A stretch of DNA of 32,156 bases from Paraglomus brasilianum (Eukaryota), in contig CAJVPI010000382.1 of the NCBI GenBank assembly GCA_910592345.1, forward strand, positions 1 to 32,156, written 5' to 3'. The notes under the pieces were generated by a model. That model worked only from the letters and a program-made list of their open reading frames with translations. It did not search any database and was not told where the DNA came from. Of this stretch, positions 1-11,712 are shown one piece after another. Made by a program: the position numbers and the translations under genes. Each line of letters starts with the position of its first letter. The stretch's first letter is position 1.

Positions 1-519
1 AAGTGAGTATATTCTAGCAAACTCACTAACAAGTGTTTGTGTACATTCTCCGCTGTTTCCAAGGCATAGCAGCATTATCATGTTTTCAACGACTTTACCA
101 TTGCCTAGTGTGTATTTGCGAGTAGCGTTGTAGACGTTGTCAATTTGAGTTGGCTCTATGTTGGTGAATTCCGAGCAAGGAATCCATTCAAGTCGTAAGT
201 ATTCATCTTCACTTTCCAAGGAGGATTGAACCAAGTTGTCAATCGCTGGATTATTAACCCCTGGAACTAAGGACATCGTTCGAATAAGAAGTTTTCAAGT
301 ACAAAGCATTCTCACCACTAATAATCGATGCGTGTGTGTGTAACGCTTAACTTCTTTTCCAGGATCAGTACTACCCCTACCATATTTAGTAAGTATTTTG
401 CGACACGACACGAATTATGTTTAAACCAAATATTAATATGATGTCTGAGACCGTGAAGCCGAAGCTTTCGTACCAGTACCACCTCTCGTTGGAGAGGAAG
501 ACGCTGCACTAATCAACCG

Positions 520-2443
520 CAATTGGCCGTTAGTCTCGCTCAAGCGGTGTGGTGGAGCTAATTGGTCGTGATGATCGCATTGCCCAGAGAGTTATAACAG
601 CCGGGTTTCGTGCCATGCCATATCTATTGGAGTCATCGATGAATATTGGGGCAGGTATATTTTTAGGCCGCGTTCTCTATCCATATGGTATTTCTTTCTT
701 GCTGCCAGCATTTATAATCACACTTGTCAAAGAATAGGAGAACAGAGTTTTGCCTATGAACGGAATCAAGAATTACGCTTACTACATGACGCACTATATC
801 CACTTTTACATTCAATTCCACTTTCTTTGTGGCAAGCGAACTAGTCTTTAAAATGAAATTCTTTTCTAGAACCTTACCGCCCGTTCTCTGTCTTCTTTTC
901 TTGATCTGGGGACATTTGCAGATAGCCCTAACGTTTCTTTTTTCGGTAATATTAACAAGATCCTACTGCTTTAGTTATGTCATGCGTTATTATTAATAAG
1001 CAGTGTAATTATTAACATGGAAACAGAGTCGATTTTCACTACGACAAGCATTGTTTGCATTTACCACGCTCTCAGCATTGTCAGCGAGGTAAACTTGGAT
1101 CCGTCAGGCAATGGATATACTAATGGATCTTTACAGCACGGACCGGATGGATCTTTACAGCACGGACCGGATGGATCTTTACAGCACGGACCAGATGGAT
1201 CTTTATAGCACTGAGTACTTTATGTTGCTAATAGTTACGTGGTACTTGTCTCGAGTGTTTCCATCCGAGTACGATAAATGGCATTTTGTATTTAGTACGT
1301 TATTCAGAAAGCTGTTCGGAATAGGCGAGACGAAACAGTACAGACGTAAAAGTTTCCTGGAGAGCGGTTTATGGCATATTGATCCAGAAGAGGTTAGGTC
1401 AGAAGACGATGACGTCCGGGAAGAGCAGCGCAGAGTTTTAGGCAATCAGTTTCTATTAGATTCCCCATTGGTTATAAAGAGAATACGCAAAGAATACCCG
1501 AACGGAAGTTGGCTGTTAAGGATGTAACGTTCGCTGTCGAATCAAACATGATTTTTGATCTATTGGGTCCTAACGGTGCTGGTGCGTATAATGGGGAGAG
1601 AGGAGAGAGAGGCTTTACATGTATATTTGCTTGGTTTTGATAATAATTTCGTTTCTCCTTTACGCAAAACAACGGTCTCTACCCAACAACAAAAGGCGAT
1701 GCAATTCTCAATGGCTTTGATATCAAGACCCAAAGTGGGCGAGCACTTGTTGTTCTACGCTCGTCTCAATCAAGCCAGGAACGTGAAAAAGTGATAGATC
1801 ATTAGAACGCGTCGGTCTAGTACCATTCGAAAATCATCTTATTCACGGTCTTAGCGGCGGTGAAATGCGTCCATAGCGATAGCATTAGTTGGGGATCCAG
1901 CCATTGTCTTTTTGGATAAATTCACTACCGGACTTGATCCGGAATATCATCAACGAGGTAAAAACTGGACGAACGATCATATTGACCACGTATTATTCGA
2001 TGGAAGAGGCAGAAGTTCTCTTTCAAAAGGTTAGCATTATGGCCCAAGGAACGTTAAGATGTATTGGACCACAATTAAGACTGAAGAAGTATGGTCGAGG
2101 TTTTAAATTGGGCTTCTCAGGTCAGGCGGCGAACATGGGAGAGCTATTGGGTATGTTGTGCTATGGCGGCGTGTGATGATAAATACAGATTTAGTTTAAC
2201 ATGACTTTTGATGCTTTTCTTAGCTTCATCGAGTCATTGCTTCCGCCAACAGCAAGAAGACTTCCGTCATTTACCACAAATGTAACAAACGAATTGAGAA
2301 CGATAAAAGATATTTTGTTATGGATGATTGGGGTTGAGTCAAACAATGTAAGTTTTTTTTTTTTTAGTATTAAAGATGACAGAAACTAACTGTCGTCATT
2401 CTTTGATCTCCGTCTAGAAGAAGATGGAGCAGATGCTGAATAA
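520..2443 (+). pseudogene. Unprocessed (intron-containing) ABCA-family ABC transporter pseudogene, TMD + NBD part; the 5' part may extend further upstream
   Basis: ABCA motifs occur in order across shifted frames. TMD: LYPYGISFLLPAFIITLVKE*ENR (~680-750), then WYLSRVFPSEY and EDDDVREE. NBD: LAVKDVTFAV..LLGPNGAG (Walker A, ~1510-1582), GLYPTTKGDAILNGFDI, VGEHLLFYARL, LSGGE signature (~1850), IALVGDPAIVFLDKFTTGLDP (Walker B/D-loop), IILTTYYSMEEAE (H-loop) and GTLRCIGPQLRLK. The final exon is EDGADAE* (stop 2441-2443). Introns lie at ~1583-1663 (acceptor mutated), 2151-2223 and 2348-2417. There are many stops, frameshifts and deletions. Confidence 0.9.
1123..1213. repeat. 24-bp tandem repeat (ATGGATCTTTACAGCACGGACCGG), about 3.8 copies, inside the ABCA pseudogene
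   Basis: Units start at 1123, 1147, 1171 and 1195 (partial), with 0-2 mismatches. They produce the MDLYSTDR and GSLQHGPD peptide repeats in the ORF track. Confidence 0.95.
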
Positions 2444-2824
2444 GTTTTCGGATACGTGCCAATAATTGGGGGGAAATGAATTGGTTTTATTTAGACTCTT
2501 CTACAACCGTTTGCAGATTTTTATCTGTATAACGTCGAGCTAGCTTACACCTGGGAGAGCGATGATGCACTAGCCTTGAGATTTAGTCTTTTTCCATTTT
2601 CCAACGGGAGCTTTTGCTCTTCCTACTTCAAACTAATTACTAACAATAATCAGTGACCTTTAACTAGGTTTTATACTCACGACCTGTATATTATCGGTCT
2701 TGTAAACGCTGTCCCTGAATTATTGCCTAACCTCGAGTATCACGTCGATTTCTCTGATGGGATTAATCTCAGAGCCTATCGGTCGGGGAAACAATAATCC
2801 TGATGCAAAAGTACTAAATAGAAT

Positions 2825-2942
2825 GGGTCCGTATTATTTCATTTCACCGACAGTACATTTAACTACCAAAAAAGGATAAATTCGAAATAATGATGGTGAA
2901 TATTTGTCAGTGAAATGATTGTCGATGAAATGATCGCCTCCC
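2825..2942. mobile_element. 118-bp MITE, Mutator (MULE)-type
   Basis: Perfect 9-bp direct repeat AAATAGAAT at 2816-2824 and 2943-2951. The ends are GGG...CCC. The motif CATTTCAYYGACA occurs near the left end and twice in reverse complement near the right end. Confidence 0.75.
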
Positions 2943-3159
2943 AAATAGAATTGATTGGCAAGTATCAATCCTATTCGCCGACGACGGACGCTAAGTATCT
3001 CTTATCAGGGGATAAACGAATAATAATATTTATAATTGAATCGGATTTTTTATTAGAATAAAGAACTATCCTAATAGATATGATCTGTAACTAATTATCG
3101 TTTCACTAAACTGTCCTGATTTTTGGATAGATGGGGATATTTCCTGAAATTTCGATATA

Positions 3160-3997
3160 CACTCCCCTGCCTTTAATTCGACCGCCTCCGTTCCGGAGTC
3201 ATCGGTCGAATTAACGTATACGAATTAGCGCTTATCCAATCAGAAGCATTTAATATAACACAGAATTTTATCATAACTAATACTGTGCAATAAATCTTAT
3301 ACGGTATAAACGAGCACATATCTCCAACTTTATTTTCGGTTGAAATTTACAATTAACCCAACAGAGTGAAAACCATGGTTACAAGCTTATTGTAAAAAAG
3401 TTCAATAGACGTTTGTCTAAGTAAAGATAGACGGTATAATGCCGTTTGGCAGAAACACTATTGATATTGATACTCATCCATTTTTCCGATTGGGCTACAA
3501 TATTCTGTATGATTGTTTTTCCTCATGATATTCTCTATCTAGTGCTAAATTGGATAATTGAGGGTTTTTAAGTTTTCGCTGACATATTTGCTGCTTCTGT
3601 TCGATAGTTAACCTTGTGTAAGACTTTCTTCTCGATCGGGGCATTTTGAGATGAAATAAATTGTCCATTGCAGCAGCATTCATATAAAGATGCGATCGAA
3701 TAATCGGAATTTTTATCAATGAAATTAATGTAAAATAATCGGAAGAAATTAATCAACTAATACAGAAATGGAAGTGATTTTCTAGCGATCGTATTAACGG
3801 GCGTAGTTATAATACTATTTATACATGCTGGCTTAATAGAAAATTTTTTGGGCGGTCGAATTACAAATTATCGGAAATTTATATGTAATGGTCGAATTAA
3901 CGGAAAAATTTTCATATGAAAAAATCGGGTCATTGCTCCAGGCGATCGAATTCTGGAAAGTCGAATTATCAAGAGTCGAATTAAAGGCAGTTGTCTG
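3160..3997 (-). mobile_element. Non-autonomous pogo/Tigger-family (Tc1/mariner superfamily) DNA transposon, internally deleted
   Basis: 23-bp TIRs at 3160-3182 and 3975-3997 (19/23 identical, inner 16 bp CTGCCTTTAATTCGAC perfect), flanked by TA at 3158-3159 and 3998-3999. GTCGAATTA-like subterminal motifs are repeated. A minus-strand CENP-B-like HTH start, MPRSRRKSYTRLTIEQKQQICQRKLKNPQLSNLAL, begins at 3644 and is frameshifted. No DDE domain is present. Confidence 0.88.
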
Positions 3998-4032
3998 TAT
4001 TAGGACTACCAAATTTTAGTCGATCTTTTCTC

Positions 4033-4325
4033 TGTAACCCTGTAGCGATACGAATGCAAGGGATATAAGAGCAGCTGACAAAGAAAAGAGCGTGAATCTC
4101 CAATACAATAAATTGAGTAATAGCATTAGAAATTCATATCAGAAAAAGACTCTAATAGCAACGAGCGAGTGATACAGCGAGTATAAAGGGCATAGGCCAC
4201 TGTTGAGTTATGCGCGTGAGACGCGTTATATAAATGCGCAGACATCAGCGAAACAAGAGCGTACTACGCTGCAGTATGAAGGAATTAATTCTATACTTAC
4301 TCTGCTGAGCAAACGGTGATTTACA
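4033..4325. mobile_element. Possible solo LTR
   Basis: TGTAA...TTACA termini, about 290 bp long, with TATATAAA about 95 bp from the 3' end. No target-site duplication was found. Confidence 0.25.
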
Positions 4326-6458
4326 CGTCAGCCGTTATGAAATTGTGTATTACCTAGTGCCCCTTTATATTAAGCCTCTTAATCTCTTTAATCGCCTCAG
4401 TAATAGCTGGGGGCATACCCAACACCTACAAGTTTCGTCAAGGAAACCAGTGCCACGAGTAAAAGTTTCTCTTGTCAAAATCAACACGTTGAGCTATTAT
4501 TCACTTTCGATAACTACCAGCAGGTTATTATAATGCTGCTGCGCAAAATCTGTGGAATGTTCTCTGACAAGCATATTTATATGCAACAGGGGTGGGGGAC
4601 GGCTTGATCTAAAACCAGTATTGTTCTGTATCACGTGTATAGACTATAACCGTACTATTGTCAGTAATACTGTATTAGTATATGTACCCCACGCCTAAAT
4701 TTTTTAGTTACCACCCACCAAAATTATTATAGTAAGGCATCCCTGACGACAATAACATTGCCATTATTATCATACCTGATGCTCCACTCTTTGTATTTTA
4801 GCAATAACCATTGACCGACCAATCACTTTCTTTATGATATCTGCACTGAGAATTTTATTGGTAAACTGCATGTATTAAAAAAATTATCAATCACACAACA
4901 AAAACAATAAACGGATAAAGTCGAAAGAAGAATGACTGCCGTCAATTTCTTTTATAATTCATACTTGTTTCCTTCAGGAATACAATGCATTCGTGCTGGT
5001 CACCCAACCAACTTATGTAGTGCTCTAATACGTAGCAATTATATGCGGTGTTGTGATGACATGGAAAGCTTGTGTCCTAATATCTGCAGAGAGATGTCCA
5101 ATAATTTTGGTTTATAGATATTAATATCAGTATATTGATTAGAATAAATTACCGATAATATTATTTTCGATCATATAGTCACTGCATCATCGGTCAAATT
5201 GGTTAACTAGAAATCCTAACGGGAATTCCGTATCTACAATAGAATCGATAAAAAAAAAACCGAGTCAATGACAATGGTTAAATTCCCATTCCATTTATCC
5301 CAACAATATTAGTGCCAATTGAAAACTTAAAGACAGGGGGCTTAATGCAGTGATTTAAAATGTCAGAATTTACCCATTAAACATCTTGGCGCTTACAGTT
5401 TGATATTCATTGCCATACAATATAATCGGGGTACGACCGACGACGATGGTACCATTGCGTAACTAGAAAAGATGATGACAAAGTTTTCAACATTCGTTCA
5501 GTTCTATATTTTGACTGATTCAAAACAATACTTGTTTTCGTCCATAACTGTTTGCTTACCTGTTCAGTAAATCATAGTAAAAATAGCAAAAATTGAATGA
5601 ACGATTGCCGTTTCCTCAATGTTGGTAATTGACACAGGTTTTCTATACTCGGGATAATAGGAAAATGAATGGCTAACAACTTATTATTATGATTAGTAAG
5701 ATTAAATATGCTTAATATCAAATGCTTATCGTTGTATAAGCTTTTTACCAACCAGACATGTAAAAACAGAAATAGGTTTAGTATTACTATTACAACCAGT
5801 TTTTCAAACATCAAAATACTTAATAATAATAATAATAATATCGGATATAATTTCTCTGTTTACATGCCTTAATTTATTTAACTTGAAGCATGTTAGCATT
5901 TCTGTTGACAAAACTGCTTGTCAGAACAAACAGCGATTCTAGTTCAAAGACTATAAAGTGTAGCTTAAATGCCGTGCTCAACATTAGAATAACAAAACAG
6001 GGTTTGAATAAAGTTATTGTAACAGAGAACAACACTAGTAAAAAACTTGTTACTCGGACAATCATTGGTTGAATTGTAACTAGGCTCAAGTATAAGACTT
6101 TTTTCGCGCAAAGAGCTGTAAGTTAATGACATGACAAATGCTTTGAAAGTAGTAGGGCTGACATGAGCTTCTTAGACATCTGTCAATTTTTCGATGAGTG
6201 TGTGTTCCATGACAATATCTCTAATCTTTAGCTATTCTGATGATGCTAATTGTGAATACTTATCTTGCCGAATAAAATTTGTCGAATAACAATAAAGAAC
6301 AATGCAGAATAAAAAAGCTAACCCACATATTGGGGTAAAATTGTTACACACGTACAGTTATTGTTATGCGGGATTAATCATATGATCACTTTATAGTCGA
6401 TAATCGCATATCAAGTTATTTATAGCACATCTTTACATTACGATTTCCATTACCAGCA

Positions 6459-6550
6459 CTGAGTTGGGGATCTGTCTCAGTTCGGAACCCAATCACTCAG
6501 TCCAGAACTCAGTTATCTCGGCCCAGAACTGAGACAGGCCCCCAACTGAG
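6459..6550. repeat. 92-bp inverted-repeat element (probable MITE or remnant)
   Basis: 25-bp arms at 6459-6483 and 6526-6550 are reverse complements at 22/25. CTGAG/CTCAG motifs recur in the arms and spacer. No clear TSD. Confidence 0.65.
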
Positions 6551-9500
6551 GTACAACAACACGACGCCAACATGCCAAATTTCCTCCATCTAGAAATAAC
6601 GATTAGGCGGCTAATGCTAGTTATGTTTCCTCTTTCCATTGTTAGTGAAACCAGCCACTGGGAGCCTATTGTACAAACCGGCAATGTCTAATAAAGTGCT
6701 TCTTTTTGTCGTCGATCCGGATAATGAATTTTGGCGCATACAATAGTCAATAATATCTCTGTTTAATCTGTCATACGCTTATTTGTTGCTGCACAAACAA
6801 ACTCGCGGTTTTTTAGCGAGTGACATGTAAACTGTTTATCTCGAATGAAAATAAAATTGAAAACATAATGAAAAACAGAGGGCATGATCACAATCGCATT
6901 GGCACACAGACAGAATGTTCTTCTTTCGCTCTCTTCTCTCTCTTTTTTACATGTCAAAATCAACTTTCCAGATGTGGCGATCATCAGCCACAATCCGGAT
7001 TGTAAACAGGGCACCATTAAGCTGTGTAAACTATAAACCTTTTTTGTGATGGGCTGAGATTTGCAATAGGACTTTCCTGTTTACATAACAGTCTATCGCA
7101 TAGTAGTTAGTCTACTGCTTTTCTCTTACGCAATCTATTTGTATAAGATTCCTTATATCATTATGTCGATAAACTCACACGCATGCTTCCTTTTTGTGCT
7201 TACAATTATAGGTCGACAATTACGTATGATGACATAGTTGAAAAGACGAAAAATACATTTTTTGAATGATAAAGGTTTTTGTAGGCATGGACATTATTTC
7301 GTTATGCATAATCGATATAATGGATATACTTTATTAGTAATAAGCGCCTTTGGTATACATATTGAATGCAACGTAAGCACTGTTTAGCAATTCGAACGAT
7401 AACAACAAAGATAAGGTAACCCTTTTCGAGTTAAATCATTGCCAATTATCCATTGATAAATATTGATTGTTAAAAAGAAGCATGTGTATGTGCATACGTG
7501 TGAGAGAGAGTGAAAGAAGATTCAAAATGAAATGAGATTTTGCGATAATGATGATATTGTGTTCCGTGCCCTTTCGAGTACACGGGCCCACAAAATGACG
7601 GGAAAGAGAGAATCTGTTCTGTTTGTTGCAATATATTTGGAAAGATTGATAGATTGATAAGTTGCAAGTGACTGATACCATAGTAAGAAAGCGATGAGTA
7701 AGCAGATAATCAATTAGCCATATATATTTTTACAGTTACCTTAATGATAATGGTAAATATTGATTAATGGGTAGGTCTTATTGAGTATCACCATTATGGG
7801 TAACTGCAACTCAAAGGTTACGAAGTGAAATAAACAACGGGAAATACAATTAAAGTGGGTTAAACCAGTACGGTAATGGAGATTAATGGGTGTGTTGAAA
7901 GTCTAGCATTCGGTTAATTGCGGTCAACTTCTAGTGGATAGCAGTTAAATTACGTGCACCAGACGATTTAGGTGTATGGTGACTCTGAAGAACAAATGAA
8001 GGCTTATTAAAAAACCATTAAATGCTGCAACTAAACTGTATACTCTTGGGACAAACGTAATTATTAGCTGCGGGTGACCTTTTGAAAAGTATAGTTATTA
8101 CGTCATGGTTAAATTTTTGTTAGGGAAAAAAGGGTTATTCTCTCTCATCACCTCCCATCTATTCTTTTCCTTTTTTTCATTCTTTACCTGGTGATTAGTA
8201 AACAATTAAAATACAACATCTCTGGTAATAAGTGCTAAATATGATATACCCGCCGTCCCCCCATAGTGATGATATGTAACGAATAGTACTGTATAACCAA
8301 AATTTGTTTATGAAAGTTTACGAACAAAGAACTTACTGATTTAATGTGACACTTAATAATAAAAGTTGATAATACAGATCTGCAACATTATACAATATGA
8401 CGGGGCCTATATCACAAAGCATTCATGCAAGATGTTTAAACTTAATTCTACTTCGCTAGTTTAGTGTGTTACGAGAGTTGTTGTAGCACCAAAAACCTGA
8501 TATTCACCCATATTGAAAATTGCCGGACCCACTCTCCGAAAAAAAATTTTTTTTTTTTTTCGTAAAATGATCGAGACTAATGCAAAGAAATGCAATGTAA
8601 AAATGATAACGACAATGCAATTGATACACACAACACAAGCACTCACACAGAGAAATCATACGATGTATGCAGTATAATTAATCAAGTAGCGATAAACTAC
8701 GGACAGGGTGGGGGGATAAGTTGAACATTTAATATTGATATGCCTGCTGCATTCATTCGCTTTACTTTTCGTATCACATTAAGTAGCTTATTCGCAACCA
8801 CTCAGACGTCACTTGAAATCTATGCCTCTGTTATACATTATATATGCATAATAAATTGATAATTTTTTATTGATAAGTAAACAACTGCATCAATAAAGTG
8901 TTCCCAAATATATAGACTGCTTGCATAGAACCATTGTATATATGCCATTGTTCTCCTCTCTCAACTATACATTATTTTCTTGTAGCTTATTAAAGTTTGA
9001 CTACCAAAAAGTAAGCTTTTTTATTACCCGTTGCTTGGTTATCACAACCGTCTATCTTTCTCCCCAAAAGTGTAGTGATTATCCACCTCCTCGCCGCTGT
9101 CAATATTGTCACCACTCGACTCATCACCATAAATGACGAATACAGACTATCGAATAAAACATCGCCAAAAAAGTAATTACAAATTTTTACACATTTTATA
9201 GAACACTTGAAATCTTCTCAGAAGCTGACAGTTGTGTAACTATTCAACAAACGAATGTCTGTGGCTACCCCGAACATGGGCAATTGAATTGAAATGGGAA
9301 AGTTGTAGCACTATCCGCCAGTATCGAATATGTATAAATCTATATCGCCTCCATCTACGGCCAAACTCAGCCAAAAGAAAAAAAATCACCCACACAACAG
9401 ATAGAGAAAATATTTCTATAAACACAAAAACAAAAGAAAATAAATACAAAAATAAGAAAAAAAAACCGAAACACAAGCACAAAGAATAATTCTACCAACA

Positions 9501-9691
9501 TAAAAACCTAAAACATATAAATAACTAACTGCCACCCCACTCACCCATCAAGAATTTTTACCGCAAAAAAATTCTGATTTCTGAAAGTTGTAAATACAAT
9601 ATTCACCCATCCCGAATACCATTGCTATACCAAACCAATAACAAACAAACCTACCAGTTTCTTTATACCCATCAAATAATAATAATATATA

Positions 9692-10324
9692 ATGTCTACT
9701 ACCAAAGTTCGTGACTTTACATGGATCAACATATCCGATCAACAAGATCGCTCTCTTCCCGATGGCATAAAAATCAGTCTTCCATTACAAGTCGAAGACG
9801 AAGACTTGATGCCCAAACGAAGGGGCGGACGAACTCCCACCCGATCACAAAACGCATTTTTCGTCTACCGCATAGCCTATGCGAAAGAACTGCAATCGCG
9901 CGGGTTCTGGGATTGTCCAATGAGAGATATCATAAAACATGCTTCGTGTGCATGGAAAACCGAATCATCCGACGTCAAAGAGGCCTGTCAAGCCAAGGCA
10001 CAGAAAGCTAAAAAGCTGCACGAAAAGTTTTTTCCATCGCCACGATCTCGACGGTACAAGCAAACCAACCAAGAAGTCAGCCCAATCTTGGCGAAACACA
10101 TTGGCATAGTTTACGATGTCAGGCTGCCCGGGATTGGCGGAATGGAGAGTGTCTTGATTACTAATGCAACGTCGGGCCGACACGAAATGTTGTATCCGCA
10201 GAGCATAGACTCATCGTTACCGATTACCTTTATTGATTCTAGTCCTCAGGTTTATACACAGCAATCGTATGAGTTTGGTTTCTACGATACTCCACAACCA
10301 TGTATGCATACTTTCTGTGATTAA
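9692..10324 (+). CDS. MATA-type HMG-box transcription factor, 210 aa, intronless
   Basis: Intact ORF. The HMG box spans aa ~49-116: PTRSQNAFFVYR..YAKEL...MRDIIKHASCAWKTESSDVKE...A..AKKLHEKFFP, followed by a basic tail (RSRRYK). The upstream LPLQVEDEDLMPKRRGG segment resembles Glomeromycotina MATA-HMG proteins. Confidence 0.92.
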   Translation: MSTTKVRDFTWINISDQQDRSLPDGIKISLPLQVEDEDLMPKRRGGRTPTRSQNAFFVYRIAYAKELQSRGFWDCPMRDIIKHASCAWKTESSDVKEACQAKAQKAKKLHEKFFPSPRSRRYKQTNQEVSPILAKHIGIVYDVRLPGIGGMESVLITNATSGRHEMLYPQSIDSSLPITFIDSSPQVYTQQSYEFGFYDTPQPCMHTFCD

Positions 10325-11682
10325 GTAAATTTAATAAGGCTTTATTATGTGTTACGGATGCTGTAGATGGTGTTTGATGGAGTTGATAATAATATGAAAT
10401 TTCGCATTTTGAGAGAGAGCTGATGTTTGCAAGTGAGGGGAGAAAAAGAAAAAAAAAAGAGTTTGAAAGAAGAGAGAAAGTCGATGCACAAGGAAAAAGT
10501 TGAGCGAATATCTTAAACGTTGGATTATACAAGAGATTTAGTTAAAGGTTTATCTTTGTAGAAATAGTAGATCTATATTATCAAAGTGTGATTGAGCATG
10601 TATTCGCTTTGAGAGTGAATTATTTTCTAGTTGAATTGTTTAATCTCCTTTCTTCCCTCTTCCTCCTTTTGAATATGTTTCTCTCTGTAAAAAAATTTTG
10701 TTACTTTTATTCTTTTAGTTCGTTTTGTTTTGATTTTTTTTTCTTGTCATGGTTTCTTTTTTTATGTTGTATGATATAACGTACTTACTTTGTTTTAGTA
10801 ATCTGTTTACCAACTACATTAAATTTTGAAGATTGTTCTTAAGTTCTCAATTAATAAACTTTGGGTATTTCTGATTATAATATAACTGATATATTAGACA
10901 ACTTGTATTTTTAAGGATTAGCACTTAATAATTGCTACATTAATGGTTGACTTGGATTTAGGGTTATTTTTTACTCAATCATTCTTGATTTGAAGAGGTT
11001 TTATTGTGTATTTTTTTATGAGGCAATTGAGTAATAAATATTCATGATTGGAATAAAAATATGTCGTTAAAAAAGCTTATCTTTGAGGAATGAAGAGAAC
11101 CGATTTCATAGATACAACTAGATTAGCTATATTAAACGTATAGCCAAAGTAGGTAATTCAGTATGTACAGATGAGTATACAAGAGTCGGGTTACCCTCGT
11201 TGGTAATACCGTTCCGTTAAATTTGTGATAAAGTTCAAACACGTTTTTTGGTATATAAACATAAGTTTGTGTAATCACGTATCCATGTAATGCTGAATAG
11301 CCGAATACTACTGGAGGTTGAGGTAATACAAATATCAACCGTTCCAGTTCGTATTTAGCAACAAGTGTCATTTGCTATCAATTTAGAAAAGAAGTTTTTG
11401 TGTGTATGTCGACGAATGATAAATTAGCCAAGTCTCATATGCCGTATCCACTTGCTCACAAGAAAGCGGCAGCAGCAATAAAAAGGTAAATAGTTTGTAA
11501 AACAGTTAATTATTTTTTCATGTCTTAATATTGTTCTTAAGGTTAGCACACAAGAAATTGATAGGTACCGTCAAGGTCAAAACATAATAAGAGGCATTGC
11601 TACATAGAATTCTGCAATTAACGTTTGTAAGCAAACCCTGTAAATAACACGCACTCTTTATTGTACGCAGTAATCGTTGTTT

Positions 11683-11712
11683 GGTGAGGTGAGGTGAGGT
11701 GAGGTGAGGTGA
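11683..11712. repeat. (GGTGA)6 microsatellite
   Basis: Six perfect pentamer copies read directly from the sequence. Confidence 0.95.

Noticed and set aside
1123..1213. CRISPR-like array
   Set aside because: Units are directly adjacent with no unique spacers, the context is eukaryotic, and there are no cas genes.
9232..9489. Lys-rich and Phe-rich ORFs upstream of the HMG gene
   Set aside because: Products of an A-rich UTR-like tract, with non-ATG or weak starts and no domain.
9692..10324. Mucorales-type sex locus (sexM/sexP)
   Set aside because: No flanking triose-phosphate transporter or RNA helicase gene and no homeodomain pair in the window; MATA-HMG genes are multi-copy in this lineage.
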